Source of the DNA: Octopus vulgaris
Lineage: Eukaryota
Reading direction: 5' to 3'
Assembly: GCA_951406725.2 (NCBI GenBank)
Contig: OX597830.1
Coordinates: forward strand, 34,348,001 to 34,412,000
DNA length: 64,000 bases
In this document: positions 14,131 to 26,168 of the stretch, piece by piece
How the letters are laid out: every line of letters begins with the position of its first letter
Numbering within the stretch: position 1 is the stretch's first letter
The notes under the pieces: model-generated
Database searches by the model: none
What the model was told of the DNA's origin: nothing
The model's input: only the letters and a program-made list of their open reading frames with translations
Position numbers and translations under genes: made by a program

Positions 14131-14343
14131 CAACCTGGCTGAAACCAGCTCTGGCTCTGAGTACAAATGTCTTGTTTTCATAAGTTTTTAATTAAAAATC
14201 TTCCACCAAACCTTAGTCACAATTTATGTTCCTAACACTAGCTTAATGATAACTAAGTTATTTTACTAAATTCTTTGTTATATTTAAAGTAATTGAAAGA
14301 AATACAGGGCATCTCAAAATAAATACAGTAATGAATGGGTCAA
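14128..14343 (-). mobile_element. piggyBac-like MITE (related to 58657-58855)
   Basis: Reverse complement aligns with 58657-58855; terminus gaatgggtcaa resembles aaagggttaa. Confidence 0.5.
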
Positions 14344-14767
14344 ATGATGATGATGATAATTAACCTACAAATGCCAAAATACTGTTTGATACAAACTTTT
14401 CTGCCGCATCAACATTTCAACACTGCTAACAGAGGCACGCTAAGCACCAACAAAATCACTTTTAATGATCAACTCACATCACTATACTGAAGGCTACAAA
14501 AAATAACCAGTTCACTGCTACACTTACTCCATCGTAGATCTCTATTTATCAACACTATCATCAGTATACATCTCTCTTTTACAGAATAAATCTCTCCTAA
14601 TATTCTCAGTAGAACATAAATCCAAATGTATATCTCTGTATGGAAGCAATTCAACTCTTGTAAAACTGCAGGCACATGAATCTCATTGTTTGTACCCAAT
14701 GATATGAATCTCTACACTTACATCAAATGCACTTTTGATCCTACAGGTGCAAAGGTATATTTATCCA

Positions 14768-15003
14768 TAAGGCGGCGAGCTGGCAGAAACGTTAGCACGC
14801 CGGGTGAAATGCTTAGCGGTATTTCGTCTGCCGCTACGTTCTGAGTTCAAATTCCGCCAATGTCGACTTCGCCTTTCATCTTTTCAGGGCTGATTAAATA
14901 AGTACCAGTTACGCACTGGGGTTGATGTAATCGGCTTAATCCGTTTGTCTATCCTTGTTTGTCTCCTCTGTGTTTAGCCCCTTGTGGGTAGTAAAGAAAT
15001 AGG
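14768..15003 (+). mobile_element. SINE family C, intact, with target-site duplication
   Basis: aggcggcgagctggcagaa head, B-box gagttcaaattcc; TSD ggtatatttatccata on both sides. Confidence 0.92.
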
Positions 15004-15173
15004 TATATTTATCCATAACTATATAGCAATGTATCCATGGATCATCTATCTATCTATCTGTCTGTCTGTCTGACTGTTTGTCTATCTATGTGTGTCTGTC
15101 TGTCTGTGTTTATCTATCTAGCCATCTGTCTGGCTATCTATCGATCTAACTATCTGTCTGGCTATCTATCTAC

Positions 15174-15215
<42 letters not shown>

Positions 15216-15440
15216 ATCTATCTATCTATCAGTGTTTAGAGTGTCAGGTTCACAATCATGAGGTAGTAAGTTCAATTCCTGGACTGGGCTGTGTTCTGTT
15301 CCTGAGCATGATACTTTATTTCAAGTGGCTCCAGTTAACTCACCTGTAGAAATGAATTGTAATGTCACTGGTTCCAAGTCTGTTGACTTGTTGGTTGTTG
15401 CTGAACAATTCAACCTATGCCAGTACGGAAAGCAGAATTT

Positions 15441-15482
15441 AAATAATAATAATAATAATAATATTAATAACAGTAATAATGG

Positions 15483-15549
<67 letters not shown>

Positions 15550-15646
15550 TGTGGTGGTGGTTGTGGTGGTGGTGGTGGTGGTGGTGGTGGCAGCGATAAC
15601 AACGACGATGACGATGATGATGATGATCATGATGATCATGATGATG
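15441..15646. repeat. Compound trinucleotide microsatellite (AAT)n-(GAT)n-(GGT)n-(GAC/GAT)n
   Basis: Seen directly. Confidence 0.95.
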
Positions 15647-15654
15647 TATTTATA

Positions 15655-16480
15655 TATGGTGGTTGTCTACTGCTTATGCAGAATTTGACCACCTCCTGTA
15701 CCGACACTTTACAACCATCATGGCATCTGATGTGGCTTTTTAAATCACACAATGTTTTGAAAAGAACCCCACATAGCTAACATATCTGATTTGGACTACC
15801 CAGAGCTGCAGATAAGTTCTGATCATTGTGGGTCTTAAAATGTCTTTTGAGGCCTCCTTTAGAGTTGCAGACCTTCTGACATACATTGCATTGAAAGGTG
15901 TGCACAGATATAGAGGCAGTCTCGTTTGTGGAGTTTTGTTTTCTATTGGTTCACAAATGAGATTTGAGCCCAGCAAAAGAAAGGCATGGTCTGTCCCAAA
16001 CTGTGCACACAGAAAGATTATACATATATAATTCTAAATTTAGCTATACACCTGGTATTATGCCATTTGAAGCACATTCACTGTATTCAGCTACCTAAAG
16101 TCATCAACAGTATGAATTGAAATCCTGCTTCAGGAATTCCTTCATGTCTGTTGAGGTTATAATGTTTGAGAGAAAGACAAAGAAAATGGCATTCATAAGA
16201 TTCTTTATTCATCATTATGGTTGTTTTGACCCATTTGGCATCAGTCCTTCATGGGTGATGACATTCCATAGAAATAGTTGTTTGTGCATCAGATGGTGTA
16301 GATGTGCCTCATCAGGTGACCTGTCAAAAATTACCTCATTGCTTAATCTCCGTTTCACTTAATTTGATAAGAATACATTTTGGTACTTTCCTGTAGCTAG
16401 TCACATACAGGTGAAAAAATAACCTGTAAAGGTCATGTTTTCCTCTGGTTGGCTTGAAACAGTTGTAGCAGGAATTCCAT
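15655..16480 (-). pseudogene. RTE-like LINE 3' end with three C-terminal C2H2 zinc fingers
   Basis: One frame 16010-15720: VCTVWDRPCLSFAGLKSHL*T..FQCNVCQKVCNSKGGLKRHFKTH..IC*LCGVLFKTLCDLKSHIRCH; two stops; no TGEKP linkers. Confidence 0.7.
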
Positions 16481-16494
16481 TTTCTTTTTCTGTC

Positions 16495-16528
<34 letters not shown>

Positions 16529-16530
<2 letters not shown>

Positions 16531-16764
16531 TCTTTACTCTTTTAATTGCTTCAGTCATGTGACTGTGGCCATGCTGGAGCACCACCTTTAGTCAAGCAAA
16601 TTGATCCCAGGACTTATTCTTTGTAAGCCTAGTACTTACTCTATCGCTCTCTTTTGCCGAACTGCTAAGTTACGGGGGCATAAGCACACCAGAATCGGTT
16701 GTCAAGTGATGTTGGGGGGACAAACACAGACACACATACATACACACACACATATATACGTATA

Positions 16765-16814
<50 letters not shown>

Positions 16815-16930
16815 CAACGGGCTTCTTTCAGTTTCCATCTACAAAATCCACTCACAAAGCTTTGGGTTGCCCAAGGCTATAGTAGAAGACGCTTGCCCAA
16901 GGTCCCCTACAGTGGGACTGAACCCAGAAC
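16529..16930 (-). mobile_element. SINE family B, 5'-truncated
   Basis: Reverse complement of family B. Confidence 0.9.
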
Positions 16931-17486
16931 AATATATATATATATGAGTGCATGGGTGTGTATATATGTATATATATGTATGTATATATTTACATATATA
17001 TATATTTAAATATATATATATATATAAAGAGAGAGAGAAAAAAAGAGACGCACATATATGAATATACATATATGTATAATAAATACGTGTGAGTGTGTTT
17101 ATGTAAATTAGTTAATTATTTCACCTCTACATATTTTAATAACTTACCTGCTTTCTTCTTCTTTTCTGATTTTCTAATTGTTACCTGCTTTATTCAAACT
17201 TCTTTGTTATTTTCTTCTTTTCACCCTGTCTTTCTTCTTCACCTGCATCTTAGTTTTCTTCTGTTTTGTGCCATTTCTTTTTTCCTTCATTTGCTCTTAC
17301 TTTTTATTGTTGCCCTCGTATATGTTATATGTTATTTCTATCATTCTTTCCATCTTTTATTTCTTTTCTCTTTAAAGTTTTACTTCTTCATCATTTCTTC
17401 CTTCAGTTTCATTATTCCTCTGTCATTTATAATATCTATCTCCGTATATCTATCAATCGCTTTCTCTATCTATCTATCTATCTATC

Positions 17487-17543
<57 letters not shown>

Positions 17544-17748
17544 TTATCACTGGCATCTTTCCACTTGCACAAACCAATCCATCTATTTAGTTTCCATGCA
17601 TTTATCCATCCATCCATGTATCCATCAAATCCAACACCACTACATCTCTCCATCCATCCATCCACCTACACTTTCTCCCTTCTCTTTCCCCATCTCTTTC
17701 TCCCTGTATATATATATACATATATATATACACACACACACAAATACA

Positions 17749-17793
<45 letters not shown>

Positions 17794-18461
17794 GCAAACA
17801 TCATATATTCGTAATATATGTGTATACATATATATGTATAGATATAGATATATAGATAGATATGTATAAACACACACACACAAACATATTTATATTGTAC
17901 GTATATATACACATAACATAACATATATATATTAATACGCACGCACAAATATACCAGCTACTTCATATAGCGTTCATCCTTCATTTCCCTCTTTATCTCA
18001 TATTGTTCTTTCCATATAATTTCATCTTTGCTTTCACTAATTTTCTCACCACTTCTACTCTTGTTATTATTGTACATCTTCTTGTAATTCTTTTTGTTTC
18101 TTTCTTTTTTCTTTCCTCATTCCAACCAAATTCTCTATTAGATGTGATGTGCTTTCAAATTCTCCAAGTCAATACAGATTTCCAGTTCCTGGATTCAATT
18201 TTGTGTATATTTATACATTTATGTATTCATTTTATCATTATGTGTTTTTTTAAATATTTATTTTTCCCTATATTTCTTTTAAACATATTTTTTTGTTAAC
18301 CAAATTCCCTACCCTTAAATTTACACCCATATATAAGCACCATTCTACACACACACACACACACATACATCAGCATTTTTTTTTTTTTTGGAACATCATT
18401 GATTTATTAATATGCTGCATTCTTCTTCAAATTTCTTCCCATACTTCTATATTTTTAATGT

Positions 18462-18516
<55 letters not shown>

Positions 18517-19154
18517 GCAGTTATAAAAATAGTAATTTTTTTTTCGGCATCGGAGGTTTTTTTAATAATGTGTGCATGTGTGGTGTGGGTGTATCATACA
18601 CCAAATAGCATTTCATGCAGAGAAAAAAAAATTTATTGCAATATATTTGCATTTGAGAGGGAGACAATTTGCATTTCTACATGTACATGTACCCACCAGC
18701 CACACACTTATACACACACTCACGAACATATACAAACATATGTGTGTGTGTGTGTATGTGTGTACATTTAAAGTTACACCAGGAGAGGTAAATATTAGTA
18801 AGTGTATGTGAATGTGATTATTAACAAGTGTGATTGCCTAAAATATCTATGTCTATCAAATACATAAACACAAATACACATTCTATCTCCCTACCTATGA
18901 AATATATAAGCGTACATGCAAGCACGTGTGTGTGTGTGTGTTTGAGCATATGTTTAATGTTAGGTTTTTTTTTAAAGAATTTCACGTATTTCTGAACACA
19001 CTTATAATTTATACAAACCCCCACCACAAACACACACAAGTACATATATGTATATATGTATTTATATACAAATATAACTGCATGTACACTCATCTTTCTG
19101 TCTCTGTATCTCTCTCTTTCTTTAACTACATAGCTATATCAGTATGTATGTGTA

Positions 19155-19249
<95 letters not shown>

Positions 19250-19721
19250 GTATGTATACGGATGTATATGCACATACTGGTATATGTATGAATGTGTATA
19301 AACTTTGAAATTGTGCCTTTAGGGTATTTGACAAAAATACTTCCTGATAATTTTTATATTCCATTATACTCTGAAGTGGTCATCTTCACCTCTCATCATT
19401 GGTTTCAGCTCAATAAACTATGTACCAGCAAACTACTGGGAGATTATAATTAATATATATCCTTGAAAGTATTGTCCAGCATGGTCAAACCCTAGTTATC
19501 AATAACAATGAAATAACAAAAGATTTTATATACATGCATGCACATGTGTGTGTGTGTAACTCCACTTTGTTATGCATATATATATATATATATATATTTA
19601 TTTTCCTGTGTGTGCATGTATACATATCTACAATTACACATATACACACACATGTATGTATATACATTCATTCATATGAATAACTGTATGCATATGTATA
19701 CATTATTTACAAACGTAACAA

Positions 19722-19773
<52 letters not shown>

Positions 19774-20004
19774 GAGTATATATATGTGTATGTATGTTCA
19801 CATCATCCTCATCATCATTGTCATCATCATTTAACGTTCATGTTCCACGCTGGCCTACATAGATATGTGTGCATGTGTGTGTCCTATGTGCGTATAATAT
19901 AATACAGCTATAGCTGTATATGATTCTTTGCAAGTCTATAAGCACACACAAAAATTCAAAATCTTTATATTTTACACCATATGTTTGTGCAAGTAATTTT
20001 GCAA

Positions 20005-20063
<59 letters not shown>

Positions 20064-20242
20064 TATGTGTGTTTGTAAGTATGTGTGAGTATTTGTGAGA
20101 AAGTGAGATTACTATTGGTGTTGGGAGGGTGCATCTTGCCACATAAAAATATTTCCACTTAGCTTGCTAAAGGATTCTCCACTTATTACAGTTTCACACT
20201 TACTGAACAATCTTCGAAAAATTGTTGAAGAAATTGCAATTG

Positions 20243-20277
<35 letters not shown>

Positions 20278-20429
20278 TATTAATATATACATTTATATAA
20301 ATAAAGAAAGAGAGAGAGATACAAGCCTAAGCAAGCATATATATATATGTGTGCATGTATGTGTATGCATGTATGTGTATACATGCATATGCATATAATA
20401 TGCATATACATATATATATATGCATATGT

Positions 20430-20750
20430 GGTATAGGTGTGTAGTTAAGAAGCTCACTCTCCAATCATATCGTTTCAGGTTCAATCTCACTGCATAGCAC
20501 CTTGTAAATTAATTCGATATTTGGAAACTGCATAGAAGCTCTTCGTATATGTATATGTGTGTGATTTTTGTGCCCACTTCTCTACTTGACAGCCAGGTTC
20601 GGTTTGTTCATGTCCTTGTGGATTAGCAAATAAGATGGATAAAATAAATACCAGAATTTAAAAATTCAGTATTAAGGTATATTTTTTCAACTAAGTAATT
20701 CAACGTGATGACCGAGCTTGGTTGCAGCCCTCTGACTAACACAAAACAAA
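20430..20750 (+). mobile_element. Decayed SINE family B
   Basis: gttaagaagctcactctcc...caggttcaatctcactgc. Confidence 0.55.
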
Positions 20751-20765
20751 AATGATATATATATA

Positions 20766-21022
20766 GTTGCTATTATGCAAAAGTGTCGTAAGTTCAAATC
20801 ATTGTGTTTTTTTTTTTTTTCAAAAACAAACAAAAAATTGTTTCACCATTCCACAGCAAAACCGTTGTACTACACTTTGACAATTTTTGATATCTTGGCA
20901 GCTCAAGCAGCAGGAGATACGATAGTTTGCCCCAAAGAACCGGCTATTGCAAACAAAATTAAATACTGAATCAAACGCATTTGACCGTGTTTGGACATAC
21001 GACAGTTTAACATAATAACAAC
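20766..21022. mobile_element. MITE with ~30-bp imperfect TIRs
   Basis: gttgctattatgcaaaagtgtcgtaag versus reverse complement of the right end gttgttattatgttaaactgtcgtatg. Confidence 0.55.
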
Positions 21023-21393
21023 GATATACATTTATTGGTGCATTGCAACATATATATATATATACCCAAAGCCATACAACTATCTCATCTGCTTTCAGTT
21101 TTTCTTAAATGCCATTCAGACCCGGAATTCTAACCTAGCCTTTGATAAAATGATTCGATCTGTATAGTTGTAGAATAAGAGAATTTAAGTTGAACCTATG
21201 AGACCATAATTCAATGGTGTCAACATGAATTGCACAATAGTACATTCTTGATTATATAAAACCAAACAAGATGGTAGATTGTTGGATAGTATTTGAGGCA
21301 AGGTTCCTAACCAATTATCTATCAGTTATATGTATACATATTTGTATATATGCTTATATACATACATACATACATACGTACGTACATACATAC

Positions 21394-21436
<43 letters not shown>

Positions 21437-21439
21437 CAC

Positions 21440-22090
21440 ATGTACAAGACATCACCAGCGAGTGAAAAATACGTGAAGACACGACTCGAGAGGTCAGTAC
21501 AGGATAAAATTCAAAAACAAAAAGCCTCGCTCGTCGGTTACCGGCTGTTTTACTACTCCCTATTTCGTGCTTTTAATGACAAGATAGGAAAATGTCATAA
21601 GACAGCAGAATCCAGAAATTTTGAAAATATAAAATTTGTGGACAGTTAAGGCTTCGAACAAACAAACAGCAACAGAGTGGACGTACAAAGTCGTACAAAA
21701 TCGATGAAGACAAGCATTAAGTGCTGTTAAGCCAAGACGAACTGTAATGGGTGACGCCTGGGAGAAAGTCTTAAAGGAAATAGAAGAGAAGAGAAGAAAA
21801 TAATAGAAGAGAAAAAATGTCGGGAGGCAAGAGAAATGACGTCCAGCCTGATGGATGTCTTGTCCAGAAAAGACAGGGGCGAGAGAAATGGCCCGTAGAC
21901 ACGTGTGAACAACAGGCAGAGAGGAATGGGGAAAAGAGAGAGGATGAGAGAAAGAAAGAAAGGGAGTGAGGAGAAGAGAGAAGAAACGAAAGGTAGTAGG
22001 GAGTGGGAGAAAGAGGACAGCAAAGAAGGAGGGGTAGAAATGGAAATTATAGAGGATTATAGAGGGAGAGGAAAGAAAGAAAACAGTGTG
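21440..22090 (-). mobile_element. Non-coding Penelope-like/retrozyme-like element with HHR-like motif
   Basis: Minus strand: CT-rich tract, HHR-like segment 21600-21527, T-rich tail, ending in (TA)n; same layout as 25688-26823. Confidence 0.55.
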
Positions 22091-22324
22091 AGATATATGT
22101 GTGTGTATGTTTATAAGTAATTATTTAAACATACTACCTAGTAGTAAGCTGATAAAGCACGTTCACTGCTTATGACTACCTGACATAATCCACAATATTT
22201 ACACAATTGTCATTGGATCTACCCCAGGAATTACTCAGCGTTTGTTGAGTATACAACAAATGATAGAGACAAAAAACGGAATATACAAGAAACTTTATTG
22301 CATAATTTTCTGTTCGTTTATCAT

Positions 22325-22667
22325 TTATTACTTCTGCCTTAGAGAAGGCGGAGATATTGTATTCAATCGTGTTTGTTTGTCCGTGGACAAGATATCTCAA
22401 GAACCTCTGGATGGATTCAAATGAAACTTTCAGAGATGTTTGGCCTTATAAATGGCACGAACTGATTAGATTTTGGGATCGATCTGTTACCGGATGAGTT
22501 TTCTGGATTATTTTCCGGTTTCGGCCGGGTTCATTTTTAGTATTCTCGTTTGTGAGAGCAGTCAAGTTTATTTCATATATTATCATTTTAAAAATTATAG
22601 TGGCGCTTCGTCAACAGGACTTTAGTATTTTCTTGGCGGAGGCTTTCGCTCTCTGAATGCTCTAGTT
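22325..22667 (+). mobile_element. Helentron-associated (HINE/DINE-like) non-autonomous element
   Basis: 5' ttattacttctgcctt-agag-aaggcggag hairpin, internal gttt microsatellite, subterminal ggcggagg, 3' stem-loop and tctagTT end. Confidence 0.65.
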
Positions 22668-22996
22668 TAATTTCATTTTCTGCTCTGCATTTGAGTAGCA
22701 ATTTATGCGTAAGCATATGTATAATGAGTTCTCACACTTCTCACACCATTTGATATATAAGCCTAGCCACCTAACTAGCAGTGTACCATTGTTTGGAAGT
22801 TAAACCATTGGAAGAAAAAGCATTTTGATCAGTCGTGCATAGCAACAGCATCCAATAACCTGGTTGATGCAGTGATACGGTGATATATATGTGTGCGTGT
22901 ATATAAATACACACACACTCACACACACACACACACATACATATATGCATCTTCTGTATTAAATGGAGAAACAGAGACAAATGACAATTCTCTAAC

Positions 22997-23268
22997 TAAT
23001 AGCAATTAAAAACTTAAAGCATATTCGCAATTGCTGTGTATTGACTGAAGATAATAGTCTAATATTGGGTATATAAGCATTTAATAGAAAGAAAGTGAGT
23101 TTTGTATATGGGTTTTGTGTACACAAATGTATGAGTTTTGGGTTCGATTCCCATGCGTACACAAAACCCACTGTTTTCTATCGAAAGTTTATATGTTCCA
23201 ATATTAGACTATTTTTTTAGCCAATATATGGTGATTGCTTATAAGCTTTAAGCTTATAATTGCTATTA
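22997..23268. repeat. Long imperfect inverted repeat with central B-box
   Basis: Arms ~22997-23124 / 23155-23268; ggttcgattcc at 23141-23151. Confidence 0.8.
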
Positions 23269-23980
23269 TTATTTACATAATATATAAACACACACACACA
23301 CATATACACAATGTGTGTGCTGATATATATACAAGAATACAGATAAGACACAGTCACATACATATAGACACATAAAAGATTATTGTAGGACAATATAAAA
23401 CAAGGATGATTGCGTACTCAATCGCTGTACTAGAGCATATAAAGTGATTAATATGTTACAGATTTGTAAAAGATAACGAAATATTTCGTGCAGTGATTGC
23501 TGTCAAGTGACATCCTAATTCATTATGCGGAGAGCTGTGTGTATGCGTGTGTGAATGTAGGTGTGTGTGTGTGAGTATGTGTGCTTGTATTTATGTGTTT
23601 GTGCATGTGTATTTCTGCGTAATTCAAAATTGTGTAATGGATGTGTTGAGCAAGATGTTATTATTTTCTGCCAAAATTAATAAACATCATCCTACGTTTA
23701 TGAAGTTCTTTACTAAGGCTATTATGTGGATTTCTCCATAAGCATATGTCTCCAAATATTAGAGGAACTTTTGCTTAAATACATTTAGAGTTAAGATAAA
23801 TACGAGTATGTATGAAAATACGAATGTAAGTATTATATATATGTATATGAATATATATGTATGCATACACATACATGTATGTATGAATGTATGTATGTAT
23901 GTATGTATGTATGTATGTATGCATGCATGTATGTATGTGTATATATATATATGTATAAGAAGTGGCTGTATATATATATA

Positions 23981-24172
23981 AGACACCATGATAGATCGTT
24001 AGCCTCTACACACATTGTTTCTCTCCTTGTTTTCTGTGTCCCTTTCTGTATAAGAGCGTAGGCTCGAATCGTAAAAGACTTTTTCTATTCCTGGGCGTTA
24101 TAATAATACATCTGTTTGTTTTGTACACCACCTGTCTTCGTCTTTTGTTTTTTTGTTCGTAAACTCTCCCTA
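23981..24172 (+). mobile_element. Penelope-like pLTR fragment, family E, with minimal HHR-like motif
   Basis: cttt-ctgtata-a-gagc-gtag-gctc-gaatc-gta-aaag (24042-24077); homologous to 40313-40497 and 51150-51345. Confidence 0.65.
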
Positions 24173-24210
24173 TATATAAGGAGTAGATGTATATATATAA
24201 ATATATATAT

Positions 24211-24580
24211 GAGTGGTTGTGTTGTTACCAACCACATGGTTCCGGGTTCAGTCCCACCGTGTGACAGCTTGGGCAAATGTCTTTTACTATAGCCTCGGAC
24301 TGACCAAAGCCTTGTGAGTTGATTTGGTAGGCGGAAACTGAAAGAAGCCCATCGTATATATGTATATATATATATATGTATGTGTATGCTTGTATGTTTG
24401 TTTGTCCCCCCCATTATCCCTTGACAACCGATGTTGGTGTGTTTACGTCCCTGTAACATAGTGGTTTGGTGAAAGAAACCGATAGAATAAGTACTAGGCT
24501 TAAAAAGAATGTCCTGGGGCCGATTCAGTTGACTTAAGTCGATGCTCCAGCATGGCCACAGTCAAATGACGGAAACCAGT
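24211..24580 (+). mobile_element. SINE family B
   Basis: Conserved head and tail. Confidence 0.9.
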
Positions 24581-24676
24581 ATTTAACAAAAGTATATACA
24601 TATATGTATACACACATATGAATAATATATATATATGTACATTTTATATATATATATAATAAGAGATATAAAGATA

Positions 24677-25450
24677 TATGGGGTGGGGTTCCCAAGAGAA
24701 CCCGGAATTTTGCAATATTATTTTATTCACTTATTTTCACATGTTTACGCTTGTATCACCTTCAAAGTAGTCTCCATTTGAAACAATGCAATGGTCAGGC
24801 ATGTTTTCCACTATTTGAAAGAGTGCTGGAACTTTTGCAAGGTGATGCTTTTTCTTCACCTCTTCAACATCCGCACATTCCGTTACATTAGCTTTTGTCA
24901 CTAGTGACGACCTTCGACAAAAGGTCTGGATCATCTTCCAAATTTTCTTTCAGGTAACGACGTGCATTCACTCATGACTAGTTTTGATCTTCTGTGAGCA
25001 AGCGGGGCACAAATTTTGCTGCAACTATTTTCCTTCGCAGTTCCTCACTCAGAATTCATTGGCAGGAGCTCCAGGACACAGCTGTCATATCAACAAGTTT
25101 GTCAATTGTTTGGCGATGGTCTTCTAAGATCAGTTCATGAATTTTCTTGATATTTTCATTCGTTCAGGAGGTCGATATTCGTCCTCCAAGCGTCAAGTGA
25201 ACATTCTTAAAGCATGAAAACCACTCATAAACTTGAGCTTTCTGCATAGCAATGTCCTTGGTAGCTGTTTAAAGCAAGTTCTGGCCGCCAATTTCCCCAG
25301 CAGGAAACGGAATTTCACAGAAGCACTGTTTCTTTGTTTCAATTATCAAAAAACTCGACGCAAAGAGCAGAAGCATTGCAAAACACAGACGAACCACATG
25401 GCAATACAAACTCACTTGATGATGCTGGTAGGCAGACTGAGGCCTGATGG
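24677..25450 (-). mobile_element. Tc1/mariner remnant
   Basis: Transposase C-terminus HCIVSNGDYFEGD; TIR-like right end near 24677-24710; internally deleted. Confidence 0.8.
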
Positions 25451-25506
25451 TCGCATCAAGTAGTGTCTAGTGTGTGTATGTGTACATGCATGTATATCTA
25501 TGCATT

Positions 25507-25564
<58 letters not shown>

Positions 25565-25566
<2 letters not shown>

Positions 25567-25689
25567 ATCAACATCATCGTTTAACGTCCACTTTCCATGC
25601 TAGCATGGGTTGGACGGTTCGACCGGGGTCTGAGAAGTCAGGAGGCTGCACCAGGCTCTAGTCTGATCTGGCAGCCTGGTGCAGCCTCC
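25565..25689 (-). mobile_element. SINE family D 3' fragment with 17-bp fold-back
   Basis: Matches 4835-4935; ggaggctgcaccaggct (25641-25657) is inverted at 25673-25689. Confidence 0.8.
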
Positions 25690-26128
25690 TTCGAAACACG
25701 CATGGAGTCGAACTAGGGACAGCTGATGAAGGGGAATTTTCCTTGTATTGTTTGTCTTGTACTCTGTTTTTTCATTGTTAAAAAAAGTCCGATTCCATGT
25801 TTGTTTTTACGTTTTCGTTTCTCGTTGAGTTCTACGTCTATTTGTGGTGTCCTGTACTCACATATATATATATTTATATATGCATGTATATATACATGTA
25901 GATGTAGGTACGTACATATATGCATATATGCATATATTTTATTTATTAATTTATTGCATGACTGAGCGCCCTCGCATCGTTTCGTTTCTTTTCTGTTCTC
26001 CAAGTAAGTTTTTATATATAATTATGACGCGAAACTCTGTAACCCTTTGCTTGACCTTCCCTTCCTTCTTGTCTGTCTTCCTCTTTGCCTGTCTCTCTCC
26101 TTCTTATTTTTCACCCTTTCTGGTTTCC

Positions 26129-26168
<40 letters not shown>

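Noticed and set aside
14469-14699. 76-aa minus-strand ORF as an exon
   Set aside because: No convincing acceptor, no recognisable motif, and other frames are closed
15325-15780. 151-aa ORF with poly-N/D/G as a low-complexity protein
   Set aside because: It spans a SINE fragment, a compound microsatellite and the antisense of a LINE tail
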